A DNA stretch of 30,581 nucleotides from Verrucomicrobiota bacterium (GCA_039798785.1 JBDKFG010000078.1:1-30581), one strand, 5' to 3'. Shown: positions 17,116 through 25,770, counted from the first letter of the stretch. Program-made: numbers and translations. The notes: generated by a model not told the origin, from the sequence alone.

Positions 17116-18698
17116 GCCGCGCCGCCGCCGCCCAACAGGCCTGGCTGGCCCGCGCTGAGTCCGAACACGCCCGCTTCCTCCGCGCCTGCCGCGATCCCCA
17201 AGCCGCGCAAAACGCCGTCCTGCACGGCCAGCTCTTCCGTGCCGAAACTTCAAGCTTCGCCCGCGAACACGCCCTGCGCCCGGGGATGAGCCCCGCCGAC
17301 TTCCAAAAATCCGTGCCGATCCGCTCCGCCGATGAACTCCAGCCCTGGATCCAGCGCGCCTGGTCGGGCGAAAAGGACGTCCTCACCCGCGACCCCCTCG
17401 CCGCCTTCGAATTCACCTCCGGCAGCACCGGCCCCGCCCGCCTCGTCCCCTTCAGCCGCAGCTCGTTTCTCGAGATCCGCCGCGCCGTTTTAGCCTGGCT
17501 TGCCGACAGCTCGCGGCGCTTCCCCGACGCCTTCCGCGGCAGCGCCTACTGGTCGATCAGTCCCCTCGCGCGGACACCGCAAATCTCGCCCTCGGGACAC
17601 CCCGTCGGCTTCGGCGATGACGCCGCCTGCCTCGATCCGCAAGCACGACTCCTCCTCCAGGCGACCTTGAGCGTCCCCAGCAGCCTCGCCCTCTGTCCCG
17701 AACTCGAATCCGCCCTCGACGCATCGCTGCTCTTCCTCCTGCTGGATCCGGAGCTGAGCTTCCTCTCGGTGTGGAACCCCAGCTTCCTCGAGCTGCTGCT
17801 GTCGCGCTGCGGACGCGAAGAGATTCGCCACTCCCTCAAGACCGGAGCTCCCCCCGCCGGACTCCATCCCCTCTGCGCCGCGCAACTTGCCGCCCGCCTT
17901 CAGCGCCGCTGCCGCGCCGCCCGCGTCCTCGAGCTGCTGCACCCGCCGCAAATCGACTTCCGCCGCCTCTGGCCCCGCCTCGCCCTCGTCTCCTGCTGGG
18001 GCGACGCCAGCGCCGCCGCCGATCAACAGCGCCTGCGCCGCCTGCTGCCCGGCATCGCCTTCGAAAGCAAGGGCCTGATGGCCACCGAAGGTCTCACCAG
18101 CCTGCCCTTCGGCGAGGGCGAAGGCTGCCCCCTGGCGCTGCGCTCGCACTTCCTCGAATTCCGCGACGAAGCCGGGGACTGCCACCTCGCCCACCAGCTC
18201 GAACCCGGTCGCCGCTACGAAACCATCCTCAGCACCGGCGCCGGACTCTGGCGCTGCGCCAGCGGCGACCTCGTCGAAGTCGTCGGCTTCACCGGCAGGA
18301 ATCCCCGCATCCGCTTCCTCGGGCGCCTCGGCGGCGTTTGCGATCTCCGCGGCGAAAAACTCAGCCCCGCCTTCGTCCAGCAAGCCCTCGATGCCGTCCG
18401 CCAGCCCGACTGGGCCTTCGCCCTCCTCTGCCCCGCTCCCGGCCCCGCCTACACCCTGCTCGTCGAAGGGACGATTCCTCCCGACTTGGCGGAACGACTC
18501 GAAGCCGCCCTGCGCCGCAACCCCCACTACGCCTGGTGCCGCGACCTCGGCCAGCTCGGCCCCCTCGAAATCCTCCCCTGCCGCCCCGGTGCGACCGAAC
18601 GCCACCGCGCCGAACTCCTCCGCCGCCACATGCGCCTCGGCGACATCAAGGCCAGCCCCCTCGAACGCGATCCTGCCTGGCGGGAGCTGCTGGTGTGA
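17112..18698 (+). CDS. GH3-family acyl-adenylate/amido synthetase
   Basis: FEFTSGSTG (ANL P-loop), GLMATEG, HFLEF, LSTGAGLWR...GDLV and FLGR...DLRGEKL motifs. Confidence 0.88.
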   Translation: MSRAAAAQQAWLARAESEHARFLRACRDPQAAQNAVLHGQLFRAETSSFAREHALRPGMSPADFQKSVPIRSADELQPWIQRAWSGEKDVLTRDPLAAFEFTSGSTGPARLVPFSRSSFLEIRRAVLAWLADSSRRFPDAFRGSAYWSISPLARTPQISPSGHPVGFGDDAACLDPQARLLLQATLSVPSSLALCPELESALDASLLFLLLDPELSFLSVWNPSFLELLLSRCGREEIRHSLKTGAPPAGLHPLCAAQLAARLQRRCRAARVLELLHPPQIDFRRLWPRLALVSCWGDASAAADQQRLRRLLPGIAFESKGLMATEGLTSLPFGEGEGCPLALRSHFLEFRDEAGDCHLAHQLEPGRRYETILSTGAGLWRCASGDLVEVVGFTGRNPRIRFLGRLGGVCDLRGEKLSPAFVQQALDAVRQPDWAFALLCPAPGPAYTLLVEGTIPPDLAERLEAALRRNPHYAWCRDLGQLGPLEILPCRPGATERHRAELLRRHMRLGDIKASPLERDPAWRELLV

Positions 18699-18710
18699 AG
18701 AGCGAGTCAT

Positions 18711-18747
18711 CCTTGCATTTTCGGAGTGCGACTCCGAAAATGCAAGG
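18711..18747. repeat. Perfect 17-bp inverted repeat with 3-nt spacer
   Basis: CCTTGCATTTTCGGAGT-gcg-ACTCCGAAAATGCAAGG; no U tract follows. Confidence 0.85.
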
Positions 18748-18757
18748 TATATTCGGC

Positions 18758-18824
18758 TTGGAAGGCTTAGTCCGAGCTTCCTTCTAAAATCATGGTATGA
18801 CCAGCTCGGGCGCTTACCTTCCAA
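18758..18824 (+). ncRNA. Candidate structured RNA (stem / internal loop / stem) upstream of the TROVE-like RING protein
   Basis: TTGGAAGG (18758-65) pairs with CCTTCCAA (18817-24); GTCCGAGCT (18770-78) pairs with AGCTCGGGC (18803-11); TATATT at 18748-53 is placed like a -10 box. Confidence 0.45.
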
Positions 18825-18841
18825 CCTTTTCCTGAGAACCC

Positions 18842-21661
18842 ATGATCGACTGGTTCAAACGGCTTCTGGGGGCGACTTCCCCAGCAAAGGAAACCGAGCC
18901 TTCCCACCCGACGGACCAGCGGCCCCTTGATCCCGTTCCATCGGCTCCTTCGCCTATCGAGACCCCAATTGCTGTGCCGCCGCCACACAAGCTCCCCGGG
19001 CCTATGGCCGTCCCTCTTCCCGAAACACCACCGCAGAAGAAGTTTCTCGCCCAACGCTGCCACCGCGTCTGCGTAGAGGCGCCCTGTGGAGTTCCGACCT
19101 CTCCATCCATTCTCCAAGCATTGGAGTTGGAGCTGGCATCCGTCGGCTGGCTATTCAGCGCGGAGCTGCGGCGTGAACTGGAGAAATGCTCGGACGCGGT
19201 TTTGACGGATTACGCCCGATGGCTGCCGCGATTGTTGCTGGAGAGTGTCGGGGGCCATGTCCGGCACGAGCCGCTGTTCAGGCGTTTTCCCGAGGGCATC
19301 CCGGCGGACACTCAGGCGCTCTGGTGGTCGAAGGTTCTCTGCCATTTCCTGCAGCAGCCGGATCAGCCTTGCCTTTTCTGTGACGGCCAGGGTTGCACCC
19401 ATGTGCTCAATCCCTGCGCCCATGTGGTCTGCGATCGCTGCTTCGACGGAGCCAACTACAGCGCCTGTCCGGTTTGCGAGCACAAGGTGGATCGCAGCTC
19501 GCCATTCTTCAAACCCGAAGAATCCAAAGTGCACACGCCGCAAGCTCCCTTCAAGAGACTGCATCTTTGCGCCGATCCGCAGCTGGAATTTCGCGCTTTC
19601 TTTGAGCGCCTTTGCCGACGTCCCCAAGCCCTGAGTCCAGATGACCGGCAAGCCCTGTTGGAACTGTTGGATTTTGCCGACCAGGACTGCCTTTCCTGGC
19701 TGCCGGAGGAGATTCCACTGCGGGAAAATGTCGCAACCATCTTCGGCTCCTTGGCGATCAAAGGCGGGCCGCAGCTCCTGATCAAGGCGCAAAGTCACTT
19801 CACCTCGGCCACCGATGTCCTGCGTTTCATCGCCGCCTTGTCCGGTGCCGATCCAGCGCTGATCGCCAGCTTCAAGAACAGTAAAATTTCCGTTTCAAAT
19901 CCTGAGCCAAGGTTCAAAGCCCAGGTTGAGAAGGCTCTTGCCTTGTATGCCGCAAACAAGCAGGAGTATTTGAAGCGATTCCCACAGTACAGCATCAACT
20001 ATCCGCCACCTCCAAAAGAAATCGTCGTCAACCAACAAATCCGCCGTTTCAAGGTGGCGAAGCTTTCTCGTGCTTGGCGCCGCCATCTCCTCGAAGCTCT
20101 CGAAAGCTTCCCCCAGGAGGCGCTTTTCGCGGACTTGCGGCGTCACGCTAATTGGTGGATTTGGGTGGGGGAGTTTCTCCATCCGCACGAATATGCCAAG
20201 CGCTTCCCGAAGACCGCAGAAGCCTTCCGCCTGATACGCGGTAAAGGCCCGGAGGGGCAAGCCGCACCGATCTTCCAGAACTGGAATTCGCGGATTGAGC
20301 AGGCCCTCAAGCGACGCCAGGCCGATGAGATGATCGGCTTGTTGCGTCAGCGCCCCGGAGAATTCGCCCGCCGCCTCGATCACAGCCTACGCATCCTGCC
20401 GCTGGCTGATCAGCAGCGCATTCTCTCCGCCTTCCTGGAGCGCCAGGGCGAGATGAAGATCCCGGTCCTTCTCACGCTCTACGCCCATCTGGGCAGCCGC
20501 GGGGCTCATCATCCTCGCTTCTATTGGCCGAAGGGCCAGTTGGCACTCGGAGCCGGCGGCGAGGATCGTCGACCCTTGTTGGATGGGTCTCTCACCGAGC
20601 CCTTCCGCAGCGCCATCCGAGATGAACTGCTGCGGCGATTCTCCTCCTTGCCGAAGTTCCCCGAGACTTGCATCGATGCGAGCCTGGAAGACATCGCCGT
20701 GCCCTTCAACGAAAGAACCGCAGCCGCAGCCGCCGTGCAAGTGCCCAGAGGCAGCCACTTGCCAATGATGGAGGAGGGGCCGATCCGGCTTTTCCTGCAT
20801 TGGTGCCAGCCCAAGGATGGACAGGCCACCGATTTGGACCTCTCCATCGCCTTCTATTCCGCCGATTGGCAGGAGCAAGGCAGCTGCAGCTACTATGCCC
20901 TGCAGAAGCTTGGCGCCAAAGGTGAAGTGATCGCCCAAAGCTCGGGAGATCTGCGCAACGCCCCTTGGCCAGATGGTGCAAGCGAATTCGTCGATCTCCA
21001 TCCCGCCGCCGCCCGTCGCGAGGGCATCCGTTATGCCGTCGCCGTGATCAACAGCTACGCGGGCCTGCCCTTCGATAAACTGGAGCGGGCCTTCGCTGGC
21101 TGGATGGAGCTGGAGAGCGACAAAGGAGCGATCTTCGAGCCGACGCGCGTCAAAAACCGCTTCCAGCTGCGTGGCGAGAACGGCGTCTATCTGCCATTCG
21201 TCGTCGATCTTGAAGCGAAGCAGCTTCACTGGTTGGATCTTTACTCGAAGGGACAGTTTGCGATGAACAACGCCGCGAACTCCTCCAAGGCGATCACCAC
21301 GCTCTGTCCTAGGCTGATCCGCTATTTCGCTTCGGGCTGCCGGGCGAACATGAAGGATCTCGCACTGCTGCATGCCGCTGCCCGCAGCGATCGCGTCAGA
21401 ATCCGAGAAAGAGATGGCTCTTGGCAAGTGTGGCAGCGCCGTGAAGGCGAGTCCCATTCTGAATTCCACGCCCGCCTTGACGGGATGCCCGGTACTAGCG
21501 CATCTCCCGCGACCAGCAAGGATTCTATGATGGCCTTTTTGGCGCAAGGAGACCTTGAATTGCCGCCCGAAAGCAGCGCCTACGTACTGTTCACGGGACT
21601 TGCAGCTTCCACACAAGCCGCCGCCGACTGGCTGGCCATTCCAGCCAAGAATGAAGGTTGA
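18842..21661 (+). CDS. MXAN_6230/SCO0854-like RING protein (Prok-RING_4 + TROVE-like repeats + TerD-like domain)
   Basis: HEPLFRRFPEGIP; RING CLFC...PCAHVVCDRCFDGANYSACPVC; TATDVLR-like motif, GEFLHPHEY, RPGEFARRLD; TerD-like FLHW...TDLDLS...SSGD...GASEFVD. Codon usage differs from the flanking operon. Confidence 0.88.
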   Translation: MIDWFKRLLGATSPAKETEPSHPTDQRPLDPVPSAPSPIETPIAVPPPHKLPGPMAVPLPETPPQKKFLAQRCHRVCVEAPCGVPTSPSILQALELELASVGWLFSAELRRELEKCSDAVLTDYARWLPRLLLESVGGHVRHEPLFRRFPEGIPADTQALWWSKVLCHFLQQPDQPCLFCDGQGCTHVLNPCAHVVCDRCFDGANYSACPVCEHKVDRSSPFFKPEESKVHTPQAPFKRLHLCADPQLEFRAFFERLCRRPQALSPDDRQALLELLDFADQDCLSWLPEEIPLRENVATIFGSLAIKGGPQLLIKAQSHFTSATDVLRFIAALSGADPALIASFKNSKISVSNPEPRFKAQVEKALALYAANKQEYLKRFPQYSINYPPPPKEIVVNQQIRRFKVAKLSRAWRRHLLEALESFPQEALFADLRRHANWWIWVGEFLHPHEYAKRFPKTAEAFRLIRGKGPEGQAAPIFQNWNSRIEQALKRRQADEMIGLLRQRPGEFARRLDHSLRILPLADQQRILSAFLERQGEMKIPVLLTLYAHLGSRGAHHPRFYWPKGQLALGAGGEDRRPLLDGSLTEPFRSAIRDELLRRFSSLPKFPETCIDASLEDIAVPFNERTAAAAAVQVPRGSHLPMMEEGPIRLFLHWCQPKDGQATDLDLSIAFYSADWQEQGSCSYYALQKLGAKGEVIAQSSGDLRNAPWPDGASEFVDLHPAAARREGIRYAVAVINSYAGLPFDKLERAFAGWMELESDKGAIFEPTRVKNRFQLRGENGVYLPFVVDLEAKQLHWLDLYSKGQFAMNNAANSSKAITTLCPRLIRYFASGCRANMKDLALLHAAARSDRVRIRERDGSWQVWQRREGESHSEFHARLDGMPGTSASPATSKDSMMAFLAQGDLELPPESSAYVLFTGLAASTQAAADWLAIPAKNEG

Positions 21662-21734
21662 ACTCCTCCGCCTCGGCGACATCAAGGCCAGCCCGCTCGA
21701 ACGCGACAGCGCGTGGCGGGAGATCCTGGCATGA
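21660..21734 (+). repeat. Diverged duplicate of the GH3 gene 3' end (18612-18698)
   Basis: Reads ELLR----LGDIKASPLERDSAWREILA* versus ELLRRHMRLGDIKASPLERDPAWRELLV*; its TGA overlaps the ATG of the next gene. Confidence 0.9.
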
Positions 21735-22780
21735 ACTTCCGCCTCGCCTCCCCCGCCGATGACGCCGCGCTGCGCGAGCTGCTGCGCCGCATCGAGCTGC
21801 CGGGGACGCCGGTGCTGCGCTTCGAGGCTGAACCCTCGCCGATCGCCGCACAACGCGTCCACGGGCGAACCCAGCTCCTGGTCGCCGAAGATGACTCCGG
21901 CCTGCTCGGTTGCGGTCAACGCGCCGTCGCTCCGGCCTGGCTCGACGGACGCCCGGCCGAGCTCGGCTACCTCGGCTCGCTGCGCCTCCTGCCCGAGCAC
22001 CGCGGCGGCCTGACCCTCGCCCGCGGCTGGCGCCACTTCGCCCGTCTGCAGGAAGAGCTCCCCTGCGACTTCCACAGCACCGTCATCTTCTCCGACAACA
22101 TCCAGGCTCAAACCGTGCTCCTCGGCGGACGCGCTGGCCTGCCGATTTATCGTCCCGCCGGATCGCTTCACTCGCCGCTCCTCCTCTCCCGCGACTTCCC
22201 CGCCGACCCGGGCATCCGCCCGGCCCGCGATCTCGCCGAAGTGATCTCCCTCGGCAATGCCTGCCTGTCGCGTCGCTATCTCGCCCCGGTTCTCAACAGC
22301 GCCGACTTCGCCCCCGGTGGACGCTGGGTCGGCCTCGGGGCCGCCGATTTCCTCGTCCTCGACGAAGGGACGCCGCGCGGCATCCTCGGCTTCTGGGATC
22401 AGCGCGCCTTCCGTCAGACCCGCATCGTCGCCTGGGGCAAACTGCGGCCCTGGCGGCCCCTGCTCAACCTCGCCTTGTCTCTTTGCGGCCACCGCACTTT
22501 GCCCCGGGCCGGCGAGGTCCTTCCCGCCGCCTTCGCCAGCCTCGGCGGCACCTTGGATGAGAATCCCGACGACCTGAAGCGACTGCTCCGCGCGGCTTTG
22601 CGGCGGGCGCACGCCCAAGGTCTCCTCGGCCTGATCCATTGCCGCCACGCCAGCGACCCCCTCCTGCCCGCCTTGCGCGCCTTCCGCAAGATCGATTTCC
22701 AGGCGCAGCTCTATCTTGTCGATGGCCAGCAGAGCGCGAGCTTGAAAGGATGTCCCTACCTGGAAGCGGCCTGCCTGTAA
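21731..22780 (+). CDS. GNAT-superfamily (tandem GNAT-like) acyltransferase
   Basis: FRLASPADDAALRELL start; GYLGSLRLLPEHRGGLTLARG motif A; WDQRAFRQ; ends YLEAACL. Confidence 0.78.
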   Translation: MNFRLASPADDAALRELLRRIELPGTPVLRFEAEPSPIAAQRVHGRTQLLVAEDDSGLLGCGQRAVAPAWLDGRPAELGYLGSLRLLPEHRGGLTLARGWRHFARLQEELPCDFHSTVIFSDNIQAQTVLLGGRAGLPIYRPAGSLHSPLLLSRDFPADPGIRPARDLAEVISLGNACLSRRYLAPVLNSADFAPGGRWVGLGAADFLVLDEGTPRGILGFWDQRAFRQTRIVAWGKLRPWRPLLNLALSLCGHRTLPRAGEVLPAAFASLGGTLDENPDDLKRLLRAALRRAHAQGLLGLIHCRHASDPLLPALRAFRKIDFQAQLYLVDGQQSASLKGCPYLEAACL

Positions 22781-22848
22781 AGTGCCTCAGCTTGAGCTAT
22801 GGTAAGAGAGGAAATTCCCTCCCATCTTCAGCCCCAATGCTTCCACCC

Positions 22849-23871
22849 ATGACTGACCCCGACGACCTGCCCTCTGTGCAAGGAGAAATCTTGATCTACC
22901 CAGGCTCGGAGGGACTGAGTCGGGTGACCTGTCGCTTTGTCGATGGGAGTCTCTGGTTGTCGCAGGCGGCGATGGTGGAGCTCTATCAGACGAGCAAACC
23001 CAATCTCTCCATGCACCTCAAGAACATCTTCGAAGAAGGGGAACTTGCCGAAAATGCAGTTGTTCAGTTTTACTTAACAACTGCCGCCGATGGCAAATCC
23101 TATCGGGTGAAGCACTACAATCTGGAGGCGGTGATTGCGGTTGGATATCGTGTGCGATCCCAGCGCGGAACGCAGTTCCGCCAGTGGGCGACGGCGCGGC
23201 TGGAGGAGTACCTGCGCAAAGGTTTCGTCATCGACGATGAACGGCTCAAGAATCCCCCCGGCCCAGGAGTGCCTGATTATTTCGATGAGATGCTGGAGCG
23301 CATCCGCGATATCCGCAGCAGCGAGAAGCGGATGTACCTGCGTGTGCGGGAGATCTTTGCGATGGCCGCCGACTACGAGGTCGCCACCAGCGAAGTGCAG
23401 AAATTTTTTCAGACCGCCCAGAATAAGCTGCATTTCGCCGCTACCGGCAAGACCGCTCCCGAACTCATCGTCGAACGCGCTGATGCCAGCAAGGCCAACA
23501 TGGGCCTGACTTCCTGGAAAGGGGAAGTCGTCCGCCGAGCCGACATCCATGTCGCCAAGAACTACCTCAACGAAGACGAGATCAGCGAGCTCAACCGCAT
23601 CGTCGCGATGTTCCTCGACTACGCCGAAGACCAGGCTCGTCGTCGCAAGCAAGTCTTCCTGAAGGATTGGCAGCAGAAGCTGGACGACTTCCTGCGCTTC
23701 AACGAACGCGCGGTACTGCCTGACGCCGGCAAAGTCTCCCGCGAAGATGCCGAGCGCAAGGTCGTGCAAGAATACGAACACTTCTCCGAGCTCAGACGCT
23801 CTCTCGCCGAAGCCGCAGGCGAAGAGGAGCTCGATGAACTGTTGGCCAAAACCAAGAAGCCGCAACGCTGA
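22849..23871 (+). CDS. RhuM-family (virulence RhuM / DNA-binding) protein
   Basis: LWLSQAAMVELYQ, HLKNIFEEGEL, TAADGKSY, YNLEAVIAVGYRVRSQRGTQFRQWAT, DYFDEMLERIRDIRSSEKR, QNKLHFA and AKNYLNEDE motifs. Confidence 0.92.
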   Translation: MTDPDDLPSVQGEILIYPGSEGLSRVTCRFVDGSLWLSQAAMVELYQTSKPNLSMHLKNIFEEGELAENAVVQFYLTTAADGKSYRVKHYNLEAVIAVGYRVRSQRGTQFRQWATARLEEYLRKGFVIDDERLKNPPGPGVPDYFDEMLERIRDIRSSEKRMYLRVREIFAMAADYEVATSEVQKFFQTAQNKLHFAATGKTAPELIVERADASKANMGLTSWKGEVVRRADIHVAKNYLNEDEISELNRIVAMFLDYAEDQARRRKQVFLKDWQQKLDDFLRFNERAVLPDAGKVSREDAERKVVQEYEHFSELRRSLAEAAGEEELDELLAKTKKPQR

Positions 23872-23962
23872 TTCCTCCCGAGCTCCACCCTTTCCCCTGA
23901 AGGCCCGTCTCATCCGCAAACTCAGCCTCCACAGCTCCGATGACCGCTGAAGCCGCAACCGC

Positions 23963-24019
23963 ATGAGCACCCGCCCCAAGCACAAGCCCTTCACCTGGGG
24001 GGATCTGCGGCGGCGGCAG
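23963..24019 (+). pseudogene. Degenerate duplicate of the 5' end of the AurF-like gene
   Basis: MSTRPKHKPFTWG------DLRRRQ versus MSEFLGVIPPKHNPFTWVDGEWPEDLRRRQ at 24634. Confidence 0.75.
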
Positions 24020-24037
24020 TTTTATGAGGCCGCGATC

Positions 24038-24629
24038 AACCACAGATGCCGCAGATTGACGCAGAGGAAAGCAGGAGATCATCGATGACATCGAGCGACA
24101 TGGATCCACAGAGAGACCCGCGGAGTTGCGCCGTCCTCGGAGCGGCGATGGAAGTCCATCGTGAGCTCGGCAACGGCTTTCTGGAGGCCGTCTATCAGGA
24201 AGCTCTCGCGGTGGAATTCACACGCCGCGGCATCCCTTTCAGCCGAGAGCACTCGATCCCGGTTTACTACAAAGGCGAAGCCTTGGGCACTCCCTATCGA
24301 GCGGACTTCGTCTGTTACGGATCCCTGATCGTCGAACTCAAGGCCCTCAAGGCTCTGACTGAGATTGAGTTCGCCCAGGTGCTTCATTATCTCAAGGCGA
24401 CACGCCACGAACACGCCCTGCTGATCAATTTCGGCACCCCCCGCCTCGATTATAAACGGTTCATCCATTCAACTACAGATGGCGCAGATTCACGCAGATG
24501 AGCCCAAGAACCACAGATGACACAGATTCACACAGATGGGAACTCAAGCTTCCTGCCTCCATCTGCGCCCCTCTGCGTCATCTGCGGTTAAACCATCTTC
24601 ATCTGCGTCCCTCTGCGACATCTGCGGTT
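24038..24629. mobile_element. Candidate element: GxxExxY gene bracketed by 30-bp CAGAT-triplet arms (L-gene-L-L-R-R)
   Basis: L arms at 24038-24067, 24471-24500 and 24509-24538; R arms at 24560-24589 and 24600-24629; same arm family as 16140-16344. Mobility is inferred, not shown. Confidence 0.55.
24085..24501 (+). CDS. GxxExxY protein (PD-(D/E)XK nuclease-like)
   Basis: [46 protein letters not shown] and LLINFG motifs. Alternative start at 24100. Confidence 0.93.
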   Translation: MTSSDMDPQRDPRSCAVLGAAMEVHRELGNGFLEAVYQEALAVEFTRRGIPFSREHSIPVYYKGEALGTPYRADFVCYGSLIVELKALKALTEIEFAQVLHYLKATRHEHALLINFGTPRLDYKRFIHSTTDGADSRR

Positions 24630-24633
24630 GAAT

Positions 24634-25464
24634 ATGTCTGAATTCCTCGGCGTCATTCCCCCAAAGCACAATCCCTTCACCTGGGTCGACGGCGAATGGC
24701 CAGAGGATTTGCGGCGGCGGCAAAGTCTTTTGCAGGCCTGTCTCTACAACGAGCAGTCGGCCTGGTTGGAGGAGCGGCTGCTGATCCCGGTGATGCAGCA
24801 CATCGGCTCCTGGGATTGCGCCCATCGCGACGCCCTGAGGCAGTTCGTCGCCGAAGAAGAAGCCCACATCGCGATGTTCCGCGCCAACAACCGCGAGCTC
24901 GAACCGGAGCTCTACCGCCAGGGGCATCAAGTGTTTTTCCAGTTCCCCGTCTGGAGCCGTCCCCTGCTCGCTTGGTTGAGCACCCGGCACAGTCTGGCCC
25001 CGGCGATGCTCCTGATCATCACCCTCGCCGAGGAACGCTCGATGAGCTTTTCGAAGGCCTGCCTGGCCGACAAGGACTCCCTCGATCCCCGCTTCGTCGA
25101 ATGCCACCGCCGCCACCTCGCCGACGAGGCCCGCCATGTGCCGCTCGACCTCGAACTCTTCGAGCGACATTGGTCCAGCTCCGACTCCGTTCGCCAGCTC
25201 AACGCCCGCCTGCTGCGCTGGGGACTGAAGGAGTTCTTCCTGACGCCGAAACGCTCCTCCCGCGCCGTCCTCAAGCAGCTCGCCCGGGAATTCCCGGCCC
25301 ACAAAAAAGCCCTGACCCAAGTCGGCAAAGCCTATGCCGATCTCGGTGACAATCCCGCCTTCCGCCGCCTGCAATACGGACCCGAAAGCTGTCCCCGCTC
25401 CCACCGTCTGATGTTGAGTGATCCCACTTTGGCTCCGATCGCCAAGTGGCTGGCGGAGGAATGA
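24634..25464 (+). CDS. AurF/CmlI-like ferritin-fold di-iron oxygenase
   Basis: NEQSAWLE, EEEAH, LAEE and HxxDEARH (HLADEARH) carboxylate/His ligand pattern. Confidence 0.8.
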   Translation: MSEFLGVIPPKHNPFTWVDGEWPEDLRRRQSLLQACLYNEQSAWLEERLLIPVMQHIGSWDCAHRDALRQFVAEEEAHIAMFRANNRELEPELYRQGHQVFFQFPVWSRPLLAWLSTRHSLAPAMLLIITLAEERSMSFSKACLADKDSLDPRFVECHRRHLADEARHVPLDLELFERHWSSSDSVRQLNARLLRWGLKEFFLTPKRSSRAVLKQLAREFPAHKKALTQVGKAYADLGDNPAFRRLQYGPESCPRSHRLMLSDPTLAPIAKWLAEE

Positions 25465-25495
25465 ACACTCATATCCAAGATGCTGCACGAGCCAT

Positions 25496-25770
25496 GCAGG
25501 GAACCCCTGCGAAAAGATTCAGGGCTGGATTATGCCGAATTCTGTCGCTCGACCCCTTGCGGGTCGCACATGGTAGCCCAGGGTCGCTTCGACCCTGTGC
25601 TCGACGGGGCGCTGTGCGACCCGATGCGGGTCGGCGGGAGGAGGCGATCACAAACCCAGGGTCTTCGCCGATGCGGCTCGACCCTGGGCTACCATGTGCG
25701 ACCCGCAAGGGGTCGAGCAGCTGATCTCCTTACCCTTGGGGCCAACAGGTTTACCTGAGGGGTTCCCTGC
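25496..25770. mobile_element. MITE/REPIN-like non-coding nested palindrome (275 bp)
   Basis: Outer perfect 13-bp IR GCAGGGAACCCCT (25496-25508 / 25758-25770); inner perfect 40-bp IR (25547-25586 / 25679-25718). Confidence 0.7.

Noticed and set aside
18711..18747. Perfect hairpin as the GH3 terminator
   Set aside because: No U tract on either strand and AT-rich arms; kept as a palindromic site instead.
23872..23962. Possible remnant of another lost operon gene after rhuM
   Set aside because: C-rich coding-like sequence, but no match to any gene in the window and no recognisable motif.
16140..24629. 30-bp repeats as a CRISPR array
   Set aside because: The arms occur in both orientations, are degenerate and irregularly spaced, have no unique equal-length spacers, and there are no cas genes.
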